Assembly: GCF_017656375.1 (NCBI RefSeq)
Contig: NZ_JACDOB010000005.1
Coordinates: 1,719 to 65,718, forward strand
Length of the DNA stretch: 64,000 nucleotides
Direction of reading: 5' to 3'
Source: Thermovirga sp.
GTDB taxonomy: Bacteria > Synergistota > Synergistia > Synergistales > Thermovirgaceae
Below are positions 35,421-43,802 of the stretch, piece by piece. The notes under the pieces are model-generated. The model was not told the origin of the DNA and did no database searches. It saw only the letters and a program-made list of their open reading frames with translations. Position 1 is the first letter of the stretch. Every line of letters starts with the position of its first letter. A program made the translations under genes and the position numbers.

Positions 35421-37457
35421 ATGGATCTTAACTTTCTCAACGGAGAAGCCATGACCATAAAACTGGATGCTGAGCTCCCTGAGTATCCAGAATTTGTACC
35501 TGGAATAAGAAGGGCACCAGACAGAGGGTGGACCTTGAATCAGAAAGAAACAGAGCTCGCATTGAAGAACGCCCTCAGGTACGTACCGGAGGAACTTCAC
35601 GAGAAACTTGCCCCTGAGTTCATGGAAGAGCTCATGACAAGGGGGCGTATCTACGCTTACAGGTACCGTCCTGCGGGGCGCATCTGGGGCAAACCCATTC
35701 ACGAGTACAAGGGCAAGTGCCTTGCCGGTAAGGCGTTTCAGGTAATGATAGACAACAACCTTGACTTTGATGTCGCCCTCTATCCTTACGAACTCGTGAC
35801 ATATGGAGAAACCGGGCAAGTTTGCCAGAACTGGCTGCAGTACAGGCTCATCAAAAAGTACCTTGAAGAGCTAACGGAAGACACCACATTGGTTATAGAG
35901 AGCGGACATCCCGTGGGACTCTTTAAGTCAAGGCCAGATGCCCCTAGGGTCATCATCACCAATGGCCTTTTGGTTGGCATGTTCGACAACCCCAAGGATT
36001 GGCACAGGGGAATGCAGCTTGGTGTTACAAACTACGGCCAGATGACAGCAGGCGGTTGGATGTACATAGGCCCCCAGGGAATAGTACACGGCACCTACAA
36101 CACCATACTCAACGCAGCTAGGCAGCAGTTGGGTGTAGGCCCTAAAGATAACCTGGCAGGCATTCTCTTTGTCTCCTCAGGCCTTGGTGGCATGAGCGGA
36201 GCCCAGCCCAAAGCTGTTGAAATCGCAGGCGGCGTTGGCATCATCGCAGAAGTGGATCCTTCAAGGATAGAGACCAGAAGGAAACAAGGATGGGTAAATG
36301 AGGTTACCGACAGCTGCGAAAAAGCCTTTGCCATGGCCAAGGAAGCTGCCGATCAGAAGCGCCCCTTGTCAATTGCGTACCATGGTAACATAGTAGACTT
36401 ACTCCAATACGCCGTGGACAACAATATCCACATTCCTCTTCTTTCGGATCAGACTTCCTGCCATGCACCATACGAGGGTGGCTACTGCCCCGTAGGGCTC
36501 ACATTCGAAGAAAGGACCAAGATGCTTCACGAAAATCCTGAAGAATATCGCAGGAGAGTGGACGAGACCCTCAGAAAGCACTTTGAGCTCATCAAGACTT
36601 TAACTGAGCGTGGAACCTACTTCTTCGACTACGGTAACTCCTTCATGAAGGCTGTTTTCGATGCTGGGGTTAAAGAGATCTGCAAAAACGGCAAAGACAC
36701 CTACGACGGGTTCATCTGGCCTTCCTACGTTGAGGATATCATGGGACCAGTGCTCTTTGACTACGGCTACGGCCCCTTCCGCTGGGTATGCTTGAGTGGA
36801 GATCCAGAGGACCTCAGAAAGACCGACAAGGCTGCAATGGAGTGTATAGATCCTAACCGCCGGGCTCAGGACTACGACAACTGGATCTGGATCAGGGACG
36901 CAGAGAAAAACAAGCTAGTCGTAGGAACTCAGGCCAGAATCTTGTATCAGGATGCAGAAGGCCGACTCAAGATAGCCTTAAAGTTCAACGAAATGGTAAG
37001 AAAGGGAGAAATTGGCCCTGTCATGCTTGGAAGGGACCATCATGACGTTTCGGGTACTGACTCACCATTTAGAGAGACTTCCAACATTAAGGATGGCAGT
37101 AACATAACCGCTGACATGGCAATCCAATGCTTCGCAGGTAACGCTGCAAGAGGCATGACCCTGTGCGCCCTTCACAACGGTGGCGGAGTAGGCATAGGCA
37201 AGGCTATCAACGGCGGCTTTGGCATGCTGCTTGACGGGTCTGAGCGGGTTGATGAGATATTGAAGTCCGCCATGATGTGGGACGTCCTCGGCGGTGTAGC
37301 CAGAAGGGCCTGGGGACGCTGTGAGCACGCCATGGAAGTAAGCCGAGAAATCAACAGCAAGTACAAAGACAGCTATCACATCACCCTGCCATACGTGCCT
37401 GACGATGAACTAGTCTCCAAGACTGTCGCTGAAGCAATAGAGAAACACAAAAAATAA
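35421..37457 (+). CDS. hutU: Urocanate hydratase
   Basis: 678 aa. YGQMTAGGWMYIGPQGIVHGTY, GLGGMSGAQPKA, LHNGGGVGIG. Confidence 0.92.
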   Translation: MDLNFLNGEAMTIKLDAELPEYPEFVPGIRRAPDRGWTLNQKETELALKNALRYVPEELHEKLAPEFMEELMTRGRIYAYRYRPAGRIWGKPIHEYKGKCLAGKAFQVMIDNNLDFDVALYPYELVTYGETGQVCQNWLQYRLIKKYLEELTEDTTLVIESGHPVGLFKSRPDAPRVIITNGLLVGMFDNPKDWHRGMQLGVTNYGQMTAGGWMYIGPQGIVHGTYNTILNAARQQLGVGPKDNLAGILFVSSGLGGMSGAQPKAVEIAGGVGIIAEVDPSRIETRRKQGWVNEVTDSCEKAFAMAKEAADQKRPLSIAYHGNIVDLLQYAVDNNIHIPLLSDQTSCHAPYEGGYCPVGLTFEERTKMLHENPEEYRRRVDETLRKHFELIKTLTERGTYFFDYGNSFMKAVFDAGVKEICKNGKDTYDGFIWPSYVEDIMGPVLFDYGYGPFRWVCLSGDPEDLRKTDKAAMECIDPNRRAQDYDNWIWIRDAEKNKLVVGTQARILYQDAEGRLKIALKFNEMVRKGEIGPVMLGRDHHDVSGTDSPFRETSNIKDGSNITADMAIQCFAGNAARGMTLCALHNGGGVGIGKAINGGFGMLLDGSERVDEILKSAMMWDVLGGVARRAWGRCEHAMEVSREINSKYKDSYHITLPYVPDDELVSKTVAEAIEKHKK

Positions 37458-37481
37458 GATAGCAAAAGAAAAGCGAACGAA

Positions 37482-37509
37482 GGTCCCGGCAGGCTTTGCC
37501 GGGACCTTT
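37482..37509 (+). terminator. 10-bp perfect hairpin with a short T tract between hutU and the hutG-like gene (partial terminator or processing site)
   Basis: GGTCCCGGCA (37482-37491) pairs with TGCCGGGACC (37497-37506), then TTTC. Confidence 0.5.
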
Positions 37510-37528
37510 CAATAGGGAGGCAGGCCAA

Positions 37529-38518
37529 ATGGAGCTTTTTATAAGTCCACCTCTGTCGGAGTGGTTTTACAGTCGAAATGACCCATCTGATCCGAGGCTG
37601 GGAGACCTGATAAAACCTGTAGAAAAAGACCTTCAAGAAGAGATCAAGAAAGCTCATATAGCTATCCTGGGGTTCCCAGAGGACCGGGGAATAATAGCGA
37701 ACGGCGGTAAGGCTGGCGCATCCTTGGGCCCTGAATACATACGAAAGGCCTTTTACAAACTAACTCCCGGCTTCGGCAATGCCTTCATGAGCTTGAGCAT
37801 AATTGACCTAGGGAATATAATACCTGGCCAAACCCTGGAGGAGAGTCACACAAGGCTCAAGGAGGCTGTAAAAGTAGTCGTAGAAAATGGGGTTTTCCCC
37901 ATAGTTTTGGGGGGAGGGCATGACCTTTCCTTTGCAGGTTTTTGTGGCCTAGTAGAAGGCCTTCAGCTAGGTGAAAAGGCCCTTGGGGGAATCAACGTAG
38001 ACTGCCACCTGGACGTACGAGAATATCACGATAAAATAACAAGCGGAACTCCCTTTAGGCGGGCACTGGAAGAACTCCCCAACCGTGCCCTGAATCCAAG
38101 AGCCTTCGTTGAATTTGGGATACAGGAGCCATATAATTCCCCCTACCACTACGAGTGGATAAAAAAACAGCACGTAACGGTAATGACCTTGAACAACATA
38201 GGCAACAGGCCTATAGAATTCTTCTTGGAGGCCTGCCGCATTGCCAGCGAAGGCACAAGGGCCGTAGCACTCTCCATAGATATAGATTCAGCACGAAATC
38301 ACGAAGCGCCTGGGGCCTCGGCCAGCAATCCAAGGGGATTCAAGGCACCGGAACTGGAAAGAATAGCATATATAGCTGGAAGAACCGGAAAAATAAGGTA
38401 CCTGGACATAGCAGAGATGAGTCCTCCCCTAGATCAAGGGGGCCGCACTGCTTCTTTATGTGCGGGGATCCTCTTTTGGTTCTGCAAAGGCTTTTCCGAA
38501 AGGGCATATTTGACATAA
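37529..38518 (+). CDS. hutG: Arginase-fold ureohydrolase, formimidoylglutamase-like
   Basis: GGGHDLSF, DCHLDVRE, SIDIDS (Mn-binding arginase-family motifs) in a hut context. ATG at 37529 after GGGAGG. Confidence 0.7.
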   Translation: MELFISPPLSEWFYSRNDPSDPRLGDLIKPVEKDLQEEIKKAHIAILGFPEDRGIIANGGKAGASLGPEYIRKAFYKLTPGFGNAFMSLSIIDLGNIIPGQTLEESHTRLKEAVKVVVENGVFPIVLGGGHDLSFAGFCGLVEGLQLGEKALGGINVDCHLDVREYHDKITSGTPFRRALEELPNRALNPRAFVEFGIQEPYNSPYHYEWIKKQHVTVMTLNNIGNRPIEFFLEACRIASEGTRAVALSIDIDSARNHEAPGASASNPRGFKAPELERIAYIAGRTGKIRYLDIAEMSPPLDQGGRTASLCAGILFWFCKGFSERAYLT

Positions 38519-38572
38519 AACAAACGCCATGTTAGGATTGCTCAAAATGATATCACGAGGAGCATTTACGCG

Positions 38573-38623
38573 ATGAAGATAAATAGTTTCAAGTTTTGCT
38601 GTTGTAGGCAGATGGTTAGTTAA
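38573..38623 (+). CDS. Candidate cysteine-sensing leader peptide MKINSFKFCCCRQMVS
   Basis: GAGGAG (38557-38562), ATG at 38573, UGC-UGU-UGU at 38597-38605, TAA at 38621-38623. Below the ORF-track size cutoff. Confidence 0.55.
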   Translation: MKINSFKFCCCRQMVS

Positions 38624-38710
38624 CCTCTGCCGCAGCCGGAAAGGCTGCGGGAGAAAAAGCCCGCATGTGCCTTCCGGCCAACAAAATAAACTGAACCGAT
38701 AAGTGATAAG

Positions 38711-38747
38711 AAGCGGGCTTTCTTTAAGGAAAGCCCGCTTTATTTTT
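38711..38747 (+). terminator. Intrinsic terminator inside the cysE leader
   Basis: AAGCGGGCTTTC pairs with GAAAGCCCGCTT (12 bp), followed by TATTTTT. Confidence 0.8.
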
Positions 38748-38861
38748 CAAAAGGCAAAGAATAAGGAGGTGAGGTCCGTGGAAAGCGGTTGTGGCTGTTG
38801 TAGGCCAGTCATCAAAGAAAAACACAATTTTAGCTATTTAAAGATAAGGAGGAATAAAAAC

Positions 38862-39545
38862 ATGGGAATTATAAAAGACATAATAGCAGATTACAAGGCC
38901 ATAAGAGATCAAGACCCCGCTTTCCGCGGGGGGATGCTAGGTTTTCTGGAGATAATATTCTGCTATCCTGGCTTTCACGCTCTTTTGGTTCATAAACTAA
39001 ACCACTTTATGTATCAAAAACTGAAGTTAAGGATTTTACCTAGGCTCATAAGCTTAATAGTGCGATGGATCACCGGCATAGAGATCCATCCAGGAGCAAA
39101 AATAGCTGGTGGCGTCTTCATAGACCACGGTATGGGAATAGTAATAGGCGAAACCGCCACAGTAGGGCAAGGAGTGACCATATATCAAGGAGTCACCCTC
39201 GGTGCTACCGGCAATGAAAAAAGTTTCCAGAGGCACCCAACCATCGGTGATGGCACCATCATAGGAAGCGGTGCCAGGGTTCTGGGCAATATAACTGTAG
39301 GGGCAAACTCCAAAATAGGAGCTAACAGCGTGGTACTTAAAAACATTCCTCCCAACAGTACAGTGGTCGGAATCCCAGCTAAGATCGTCAAAATAAATGG
39401 CATGAAGACCGTGTCATTACAAGAGCCAAATCAGGACCTTTTGAACAAAATAAATAAACTTCAGAAAGAAATAGAAATTCTTAAGGACCAACTCAAAATG
39501 ATTGAGAAAACTGAAGAAATTTTTGACGGAAAGGTGGTAATTTAA
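38862..39545 (+). CDS. cysE: Serine O-acetyltransferase
   Basis: MGIIKDIIADYKAIRDQDPA, hexapeptide repeats GIEIHPGAKIAGGVFIDHGMGIVIGETATVG. AGGAGG SD before the ATG at 38862. An in-frame upstream GTG at 38778 with its own SD is discussed in the findings. The C-terminal 50 aa look like a coiled-coil extension. Confidence 0.85.
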   Translation: MGIIKDIIADYKAIRDQDPAFRGGMLGFLEIIFCYPGFHALLVHKLNHFMYQKLKLRILPRLISLIVRWITGIEIHPGAKIAGGVFIDHGMGIVIGETATVGQGVTIYQGVTLGATGNEKSFQRHPTIGDGTIIGSGARVLGNITVGANSKIGANSVVLKNIPPNSTVVGIPAKIVKINGMKTVSLQEPNQDLLNKINKLQKEIEILKDQLKMIEKTEEIFDGKVVI

Positions 39546-40466
39546 ATGATATCCATCAACTCTTTACCTTTAGCCAAATTGATAGGCAGAACCCCCATGT
39601 ATCAGATAAATCCCATAAAAAATGCTGCTAAAATCCTCATAAAGCTTGAAGGCAACAACATTGGAGGGTCAATAAAGGACCGAGCAGCCTGGGGTATGAT
39701 GCAATTTGCAGAAAAAGAAGGAAAACTGCAAGATCAAACCGTAATAGTGGAACCTACCAGCGGCAACACTGGCATAGCCTTAGCCATGTTGGGCTCTGCC
39801 ATGGGGTTGAAGGTCATGTTGACCATGCCAGAATCCATGTCAAAAGAGAGACAGGGCATACTCAAAGCCTACGGAGCGGAGCTAGTCCTGACGAAGGCAG
39901 GAGAAGGAATGAAAGGCGCCATCAAAGCCGCTCATGAAATAGCCAATAACACACCCTTTGCCTTTATGCCAGACCAGTTCTCCAACCCAGGGAACCCGTG
40001 GGCTCATTCGGTAACCACTGCCCCAGAAATACTGAGGGATCTAAACGGCAAGGCTCCATTCGCTTTCGTCGCTGGCATAGGAACAGGAGGAACCATCTCA
40101 GGAATTGGCAAGGTATTAAAATCCGTTTTCCCCTCTACAAAGGTCATAGGTGTCGAGCCAGCCAAAAGTGCTGTGCTATCCGGCAGAGCCCCAGGCCCTC
40201 ATGGCATACAAGGCATAGGAGCCGGGTTTGTACCCCCCAATCTAGACCTTGAAGTGGTGGATGAAATAATAGCTGTAGAGGACGAACAGGCATTCGATAT
40301 GGCCCGATGGCTAGGGAAAAAGGAAGGGTTGTTCTGCGGTATATCCTCAGGAGCAAATATTTGGGCTGCTATGAAAATCGCAGAAACTGCTCCACCTGAC
40401 GCTGTAGTAGTAACTATCGCCCCCGACAGAGGAGATAAATATCTTAGTGCTTCGGTGTTCAACTGA
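39546..40466 (+). CDS. cysK: Cysteine synthase A (O-acetylserine sulfhydrylase)
   Basis: 306 aa. GGSIKDRAA (PLP lysine), PTSGNTGIALA, GTGGTISG. Confidence 0.9.
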   Translation: MISINSLPLAKLIGRTPMYQINPIKNAAKILIKLEGNNIGGSIKDRAAWGMMQFAEKEGKLQDQTVIVEPTSGNTGIALAMLGSAMGLKVMLTMPESMSKERQGILKAYGAELVLTKAGEGMKGAIKAAHEIANNTPFAFMPDQFSNPGNPWAHSVTTAPEILRDLNGKAPFAFVAGIGTGGTISGIGKVLKSVFPSTKVIGVEPAKSAVLSGRAPGPHGIQGIGAGFVPPNLDLEVVDEIIAVEDEQAFDMARWLGKKEGLFCGISSGANIWAAMKIAETAPPDAVVVTIAPDRGDKYLSASVFN

Positions 40467-40514
40467 CGTAACATGGGGCGGTAAACCTCAACCGCCCCAA
40501 CAACCATTACATTA

Positions 40515-41801
40515 TTATAAATAACGCCAAAAGACATATGCGGCAGAAACCGCCAAAGTTGCTAACATTAAAACCATCCCTCTCGCAAGGAAGGTCTTAA
40601 AATCCAGTTTGATGCCAGCCTTATTAGCAACACCTGCCATAACTAGGTTAGCTGATGCACCCACCAAAGTTCCATTGCCACCTAAGCACGCCCCAAGAGC
40701 CAGGGCCCACCATAAGGGCCTCGGATCGTATCCTCCAAGTTGGGAAATATGTTTGACCAATGGAATAACTGCTGCAGTATATGGAACATTATCAACTACC
40801 GCAGATGCTACACCTGATGCCCATATCAAAATCATCGTCAATGCCCTGAAGTGATCGCCAAAAAGGGAAAACATCTTCGTAGCAAACAACTCTATCACGC
40901 CGACATGCTCAAGGGTACCTACAAGCATGAAAAGCATGGAAAAGAACAAGATAGTCACCCAATCCACGTCCAGTAATATTTCCTCCACGTCAACGGGACA
41001 CACTATCAATGCAAGGGTCGCCCCTGCAAGGGCTATTGTGGCAGCTTCAAAATGAAGCATCCCATGCAATATAAAACCAACTAAGACAAGAGCCATTACA
41101 AATAGCACTTTAACAGTAAGAGCTGGATCGTGAAGCTTTTTCGGAACAGAAAACTCTCCTTTCGACATTTCTCCATCTCTTTTCGGCCTCAAGTCATTGC
41201 CATACCAAAAATAGAGCAAGCCAAAAAGGACAATCATGGACAAAGCCACTGGCGGGCCCAGGTTTATTATGAACTCATTAAAAGTAAGGCCCGCAGCTGA
41301 ACCTATCAGTAGGTTAGGAGGGTCTCCGATGAGGGTTGCAGTACCACCTATGTTTGAAGAGAAAATCTCAGCAAATATGAAAGGCATGGGATTTATCTCC
41401 ATGACATCCGCCACCGCCAAGGCTATCGGCCCCACCAACAGTACGGTTGTCACATTATCTATGAGGGCAGACACTACTGCCGTAAGGGAAGCCAAAAAAA
41501 CCAAAAGTATCCAAGCGTTCCCTTTGCTGTAGCTTACTGCCTCAGCAGCTATATGCTGGATGAGGCCAGTTTTTTTAAGTATGCCTACCAAAATCATCAT
41601 GCCCAGCAAAAGCCCAATGGTGTTGAAATCTATAAAAGAGAAAATCTCACTTTGTTCAACCAATTGCATTAGGAGCACCAGTGAGAAACCCAACATTGCT
41701 GCTTTGAGTCTGTGAAGTCGCTCCGTAATTATGAAAGCATATGTAAGGCAAAAGATAATAAGAGCAAGTAACTGGACACGATTCAAGAATATCATCTCCA
41801 A
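40515..41801 (-). CDS. ArsB/NhaD-superfamily (CitMHS-like) anion permease
   Basis: 428 aa, about 11-12 TM. GGTATLIGDPPNLLIG and GGNGTLVGASANLV, a repeated hairpin motif typical of this superfamily. Confidence 0.7.
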   Translation of the reverse strand: MEMIFLNRVQLLALIIFCLTYAFIITERLHRLKAAMLGFSLVLLMQLVEQSEIFSFIDFNTIGLLLGMMILVGILKKTGLIQHIAAEAVSYSKGNAWILLVFLASLTAVVSALIDNVTTVLLVGPIALAVADVMEINPMPFIFAEIFSSNIGGTATLIGDPPNLLIGSAAGLTFNEFIINLGPPVALSMIVLFGLLYFWYGNDLRPKRDGEMSKGEFSVPKKLHDPALTVKVLFVMALVLVGFILHGMLHFEAATIALAGATLALIVCPVDVEEILLDVDWVTILFFSMLFMLVGTLEHVGVIELFATKMFSLFGDHFRALTMILIWASGVASAVVDNVPYTAAVIPLVKHISQLGGYDPRPLWWALALGACLGGNGTLVGASANLVMAGVANKAGIKLDFKTFLARGMVLMLATLAVSAAYVFWRYL

Positions 41802-41917
41802 AAATCTATAAATTTGCTAAATTGGCCCTCGACGGGGAAAAATAGTACTCCTTTTTTCCATTTTTTCAAGCCAAACCCAATAATTCTTGATTGCTCTACA
41901 ATATATAATAGGATTTT

Positions 41918-43051
41918 CTAGTTCCCTATCAGCCCTTCCAACTTCACAGCCATACCCCTGTTCAATATTTTTAAGATCTCTACCTCCTTGGCGGCACCTT
42001 CTCTGTTCCCCAAGAGCAGGAAAGTTACTCCCTTGCCAAAATGGCTGTCAGGAAAGTTGGGCTCCAGGGCAAGGGCCTTTTCGAAGGCCTCCATAGCTTC
42101 TTCGTAGTGATCTACTCCTATAAGGGCAAACCCCAAGCTGTTGTACGCCCTGTAGGACTGGCTATCCGCTTCAACTGCCTTCTGGGCTGCATCAAGAGCC
42201 CTTTGGTAACTTTGAAGGCGAAGGTAGGTCTGACTGAGGTTGTTCCAGGTTTCCACCGAGGTTGGATCCAACTCTCCTGCCCTGGCAAAGGCTTCAGCCG
42301 CAGCATTGTACTGCCTGTTCGAAAAAAGCATGACTCCGAAGTTGTAGAGCAGCTTTGGATTATCCGGATCTTTGGCTATGGCTTCCTTGAAGACTTCTGT
42401 ACCTTTATCGGCCATTCCCATTCTCCTATAGGCAAATGCCAAGGCCACTTTTGCATTGGTATAATCAGGCCTTAGTTCTAGGGCTTTGTTGTATTGGGCT
42501 ATAGCACTCTCATAATCACCAAGGGCTTTTTGAGCTTCGCCAAGGTAATAATGGTTTTGAGGGCTTTCAGGAGCAAGAAGAGCTGCCTTTTGAAGATATG
42601 AAAGGGCTTCCTGCGGCCTGCGCTCTGCTAGAAGGAGCCTGCCTAGATTGGACCACCCCAAAGAGAAGCTTTCATCTACTTCCACTGATTTTTTAAATGC
42701 CTTCTCGGCCTCAGAAAGTTTTCCCATTTTCCAGTAAAGGTTTCCTAAACTGTTATGTATTTCAGGCATATTGTCTTTAAACTTTAAGGCCTCCTGATAT
42801 TCCCTAAGGGCCTGGTCAAATTCTTCTTTGCTTTCCAAAACCACTCCCAGGTTATAATGCGCTTCCGCTAATGTAGGCTTTAATTGCAGTGCCTCTTGTA
42901 AAAGCTCTTCAGCATCATCAAGCCTTCCCTCCGAAGCTGCATCTATGGCTTTATTAACGAGGTTCTCTGCTTCGCCTGCAAAAGCAGCTCCTGTAGCAAA
43001 AGCGAAAATCATAAGACCTGTAACTAAAAGCATAAAAACTTTCTTCATCAT
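41918..43051 (-). CDS. Secreted TPR-repeat protein
   Basis: Signal peptide MMKKVFMLLVTGLMIFAFATGAAFA, then about 9 TPR units (AEAHYNLG, EIHNSLGNLY, LGWSNLG, NHYYLGEA and others). Confidence 0.8.
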   Translation of the reverse strand: MMKKVFMLLVTGLMIFAFATGAAFAGEAENLVNKAIDAASEGRLDDAEELLQEALQLKPTLAEAHYNLGVVLESKEEFDQALREYQEALKFKDNMPEIHNSLGNLYWKMGKLSEAEKAFKKSVEVDESFSLGWSNLGRLLLAERRPQEALSYLQKAALLAPESPQNHYYLGEAQKALGDYESAIAQYNKALELRPDYTNAKVALAFAYRRMGMADKGTEVFKEAIAKDPDNPKLLYNFGVMLFSNRQYNAAAEAFARAGELDPTSVETWNNLSQTYLRLQSYQRALDAAQKAVEADSQSYRAYNSLGFALIGVDHYEEAMEAFEKALALEPNFPDSHFGKGVTFLLLGNREGAAKEVEILKILNRGMAVKLEGLIGN

Positions 43052-43063
43052 TCACATCCCCTT

Positions 43064-43453
43064 TCATGGGCGACCTAACCTTCTTTTGGCCCATAAGTCT
43101 GCCTCTGTTTCCTTCTGCTCTTTAAATCGAAACCACCACTTGGCATCTTTGGTAGGAACAGGAATATTCTGAGTGTGATGCTCAAGCTTCAGATGGGCTA
43201 TTTCATGAAGGAGTAGGAATTCAAACAGTTTCTCTTCTGGCACATCCCTATTCCCCCACTTGGAATAATATGATTCGGGTGAAAAGGCTTCCAGCATCTC
43301 TACTCGAGCAACTCCTTCAGAAGGGATCGTTATACGGGCGAACATATCTGCTCCAAGGTATGACCTGAAATCCACCTCTACTCCCCACTCGGAAGCCATC
43401 TGCTTGAGCCTTTTCTTTTCTGAGGTGGTAATTCTTATAACGCCTTTTCTCAA
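43064..43453 (-). CDS. Small HExxH metallohydrolase-like protein (YgjP/DUF45 or SprT-like)
   Basis: 129 aa with LLLHEIAHLKLEHH. Confidence 0.55.
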   Translation of the reverse strand: MRKGVIRITTSEKKRLKQMASEWGVEVDFRSYLGADMFARITIPSEGVARVEMLEAFSPESYYSKWGNRDVPEEKLFEFLLLHEIAHLKLEHHTQNIPVPTKDAKWWFRFKEQKETEADLWAKRRLGRP

Positions 43454-43457
43454 GGTC

Positions 43458-43802
43458 TTATTCCTCGTCCTTTTTTACGTGAATTGCAAGCCACAAGCAA
43501 GGAGGGTCAAAAGATGTATAAGCTACTCTATGTTTCTTCCCCGCAGGCAAAAAAACCCAATCCCCCTCCTTCAATTCCTGAATAGAGCCATCCTCATACT
43601 CCAATTGCGACTCTCCCCTGAGGAGCACGACCCACTCATCAGTACTTTGATCATACCATACTCCTTTAGGGGTTTCGCTGCCAAAGGAGATTATACGCTC
43701 TACCCACAATGCTTTATTCTTTAAAAGAACCTCTATTATCTCTTGGCCCCTTTCGCCTTCAGGCATCTGATAAAAATTTCCTTTTTCTTTCACATTCATC
43801 AA
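43458..43802 (-). CDS. Cupin-fold protein lacking the HxH metal motif
   Basis: 114 aa. DEWVVLLRGES...GDWVFLPAGKKHRV. Confidence 0.6.
   Translation of the reverse strand: MMNVKEKGNFYQMPEGERGQEIIEVLLKNKALWVERIISFGSETPKGVWYDQSTDEWVVLLRGESQLEYEDGSIQELKEGDWVFLPAGKKHRVAYTSFDPPCLWLAIHVKKDEE

Larger units (their letters stand above)
38557..38747 (+). promoter_or_regulatory. Candidate transcription attenuator (leader ORF plus alternative helices plus terminator) for cysE-cysK
   Basis: Hand-paired helices: 38626-38637/38643-38654 (11 of 12 bp); 38647-38651/38660-38664; antiterminator 38656-38664/38713-38721 (9 of 9 bp); terminator 38711-38722/38729-38740. Confidence 0.55.

Noticed and set aside
34745-35458. 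237-aa minus-strand ORF
   Set aside because: It is antisense to the formimidoyl-THF cyclodeaminase gene, which carries the family N-terminal motif. The antisense product is Ser/Ala-rich with no features.
38519-38760. T-box or SAM-I riboswitch upstream of cysE
   Set aside because: I looked for the T-box core (AATTAGGGTGGTACCGCG-like) and the S-box core (…GAGGGA…GCAACC…) and found neither. The leader-peptide model explains the structure better.
38703-38777. The 5' end of the track ORF for cysE (start at 38703)
   Set aside because: This stretch is the intrinsic terminator hairpin and U-tract of the leader. It has no SD, and canonical SAT sequence begins only at 38862.
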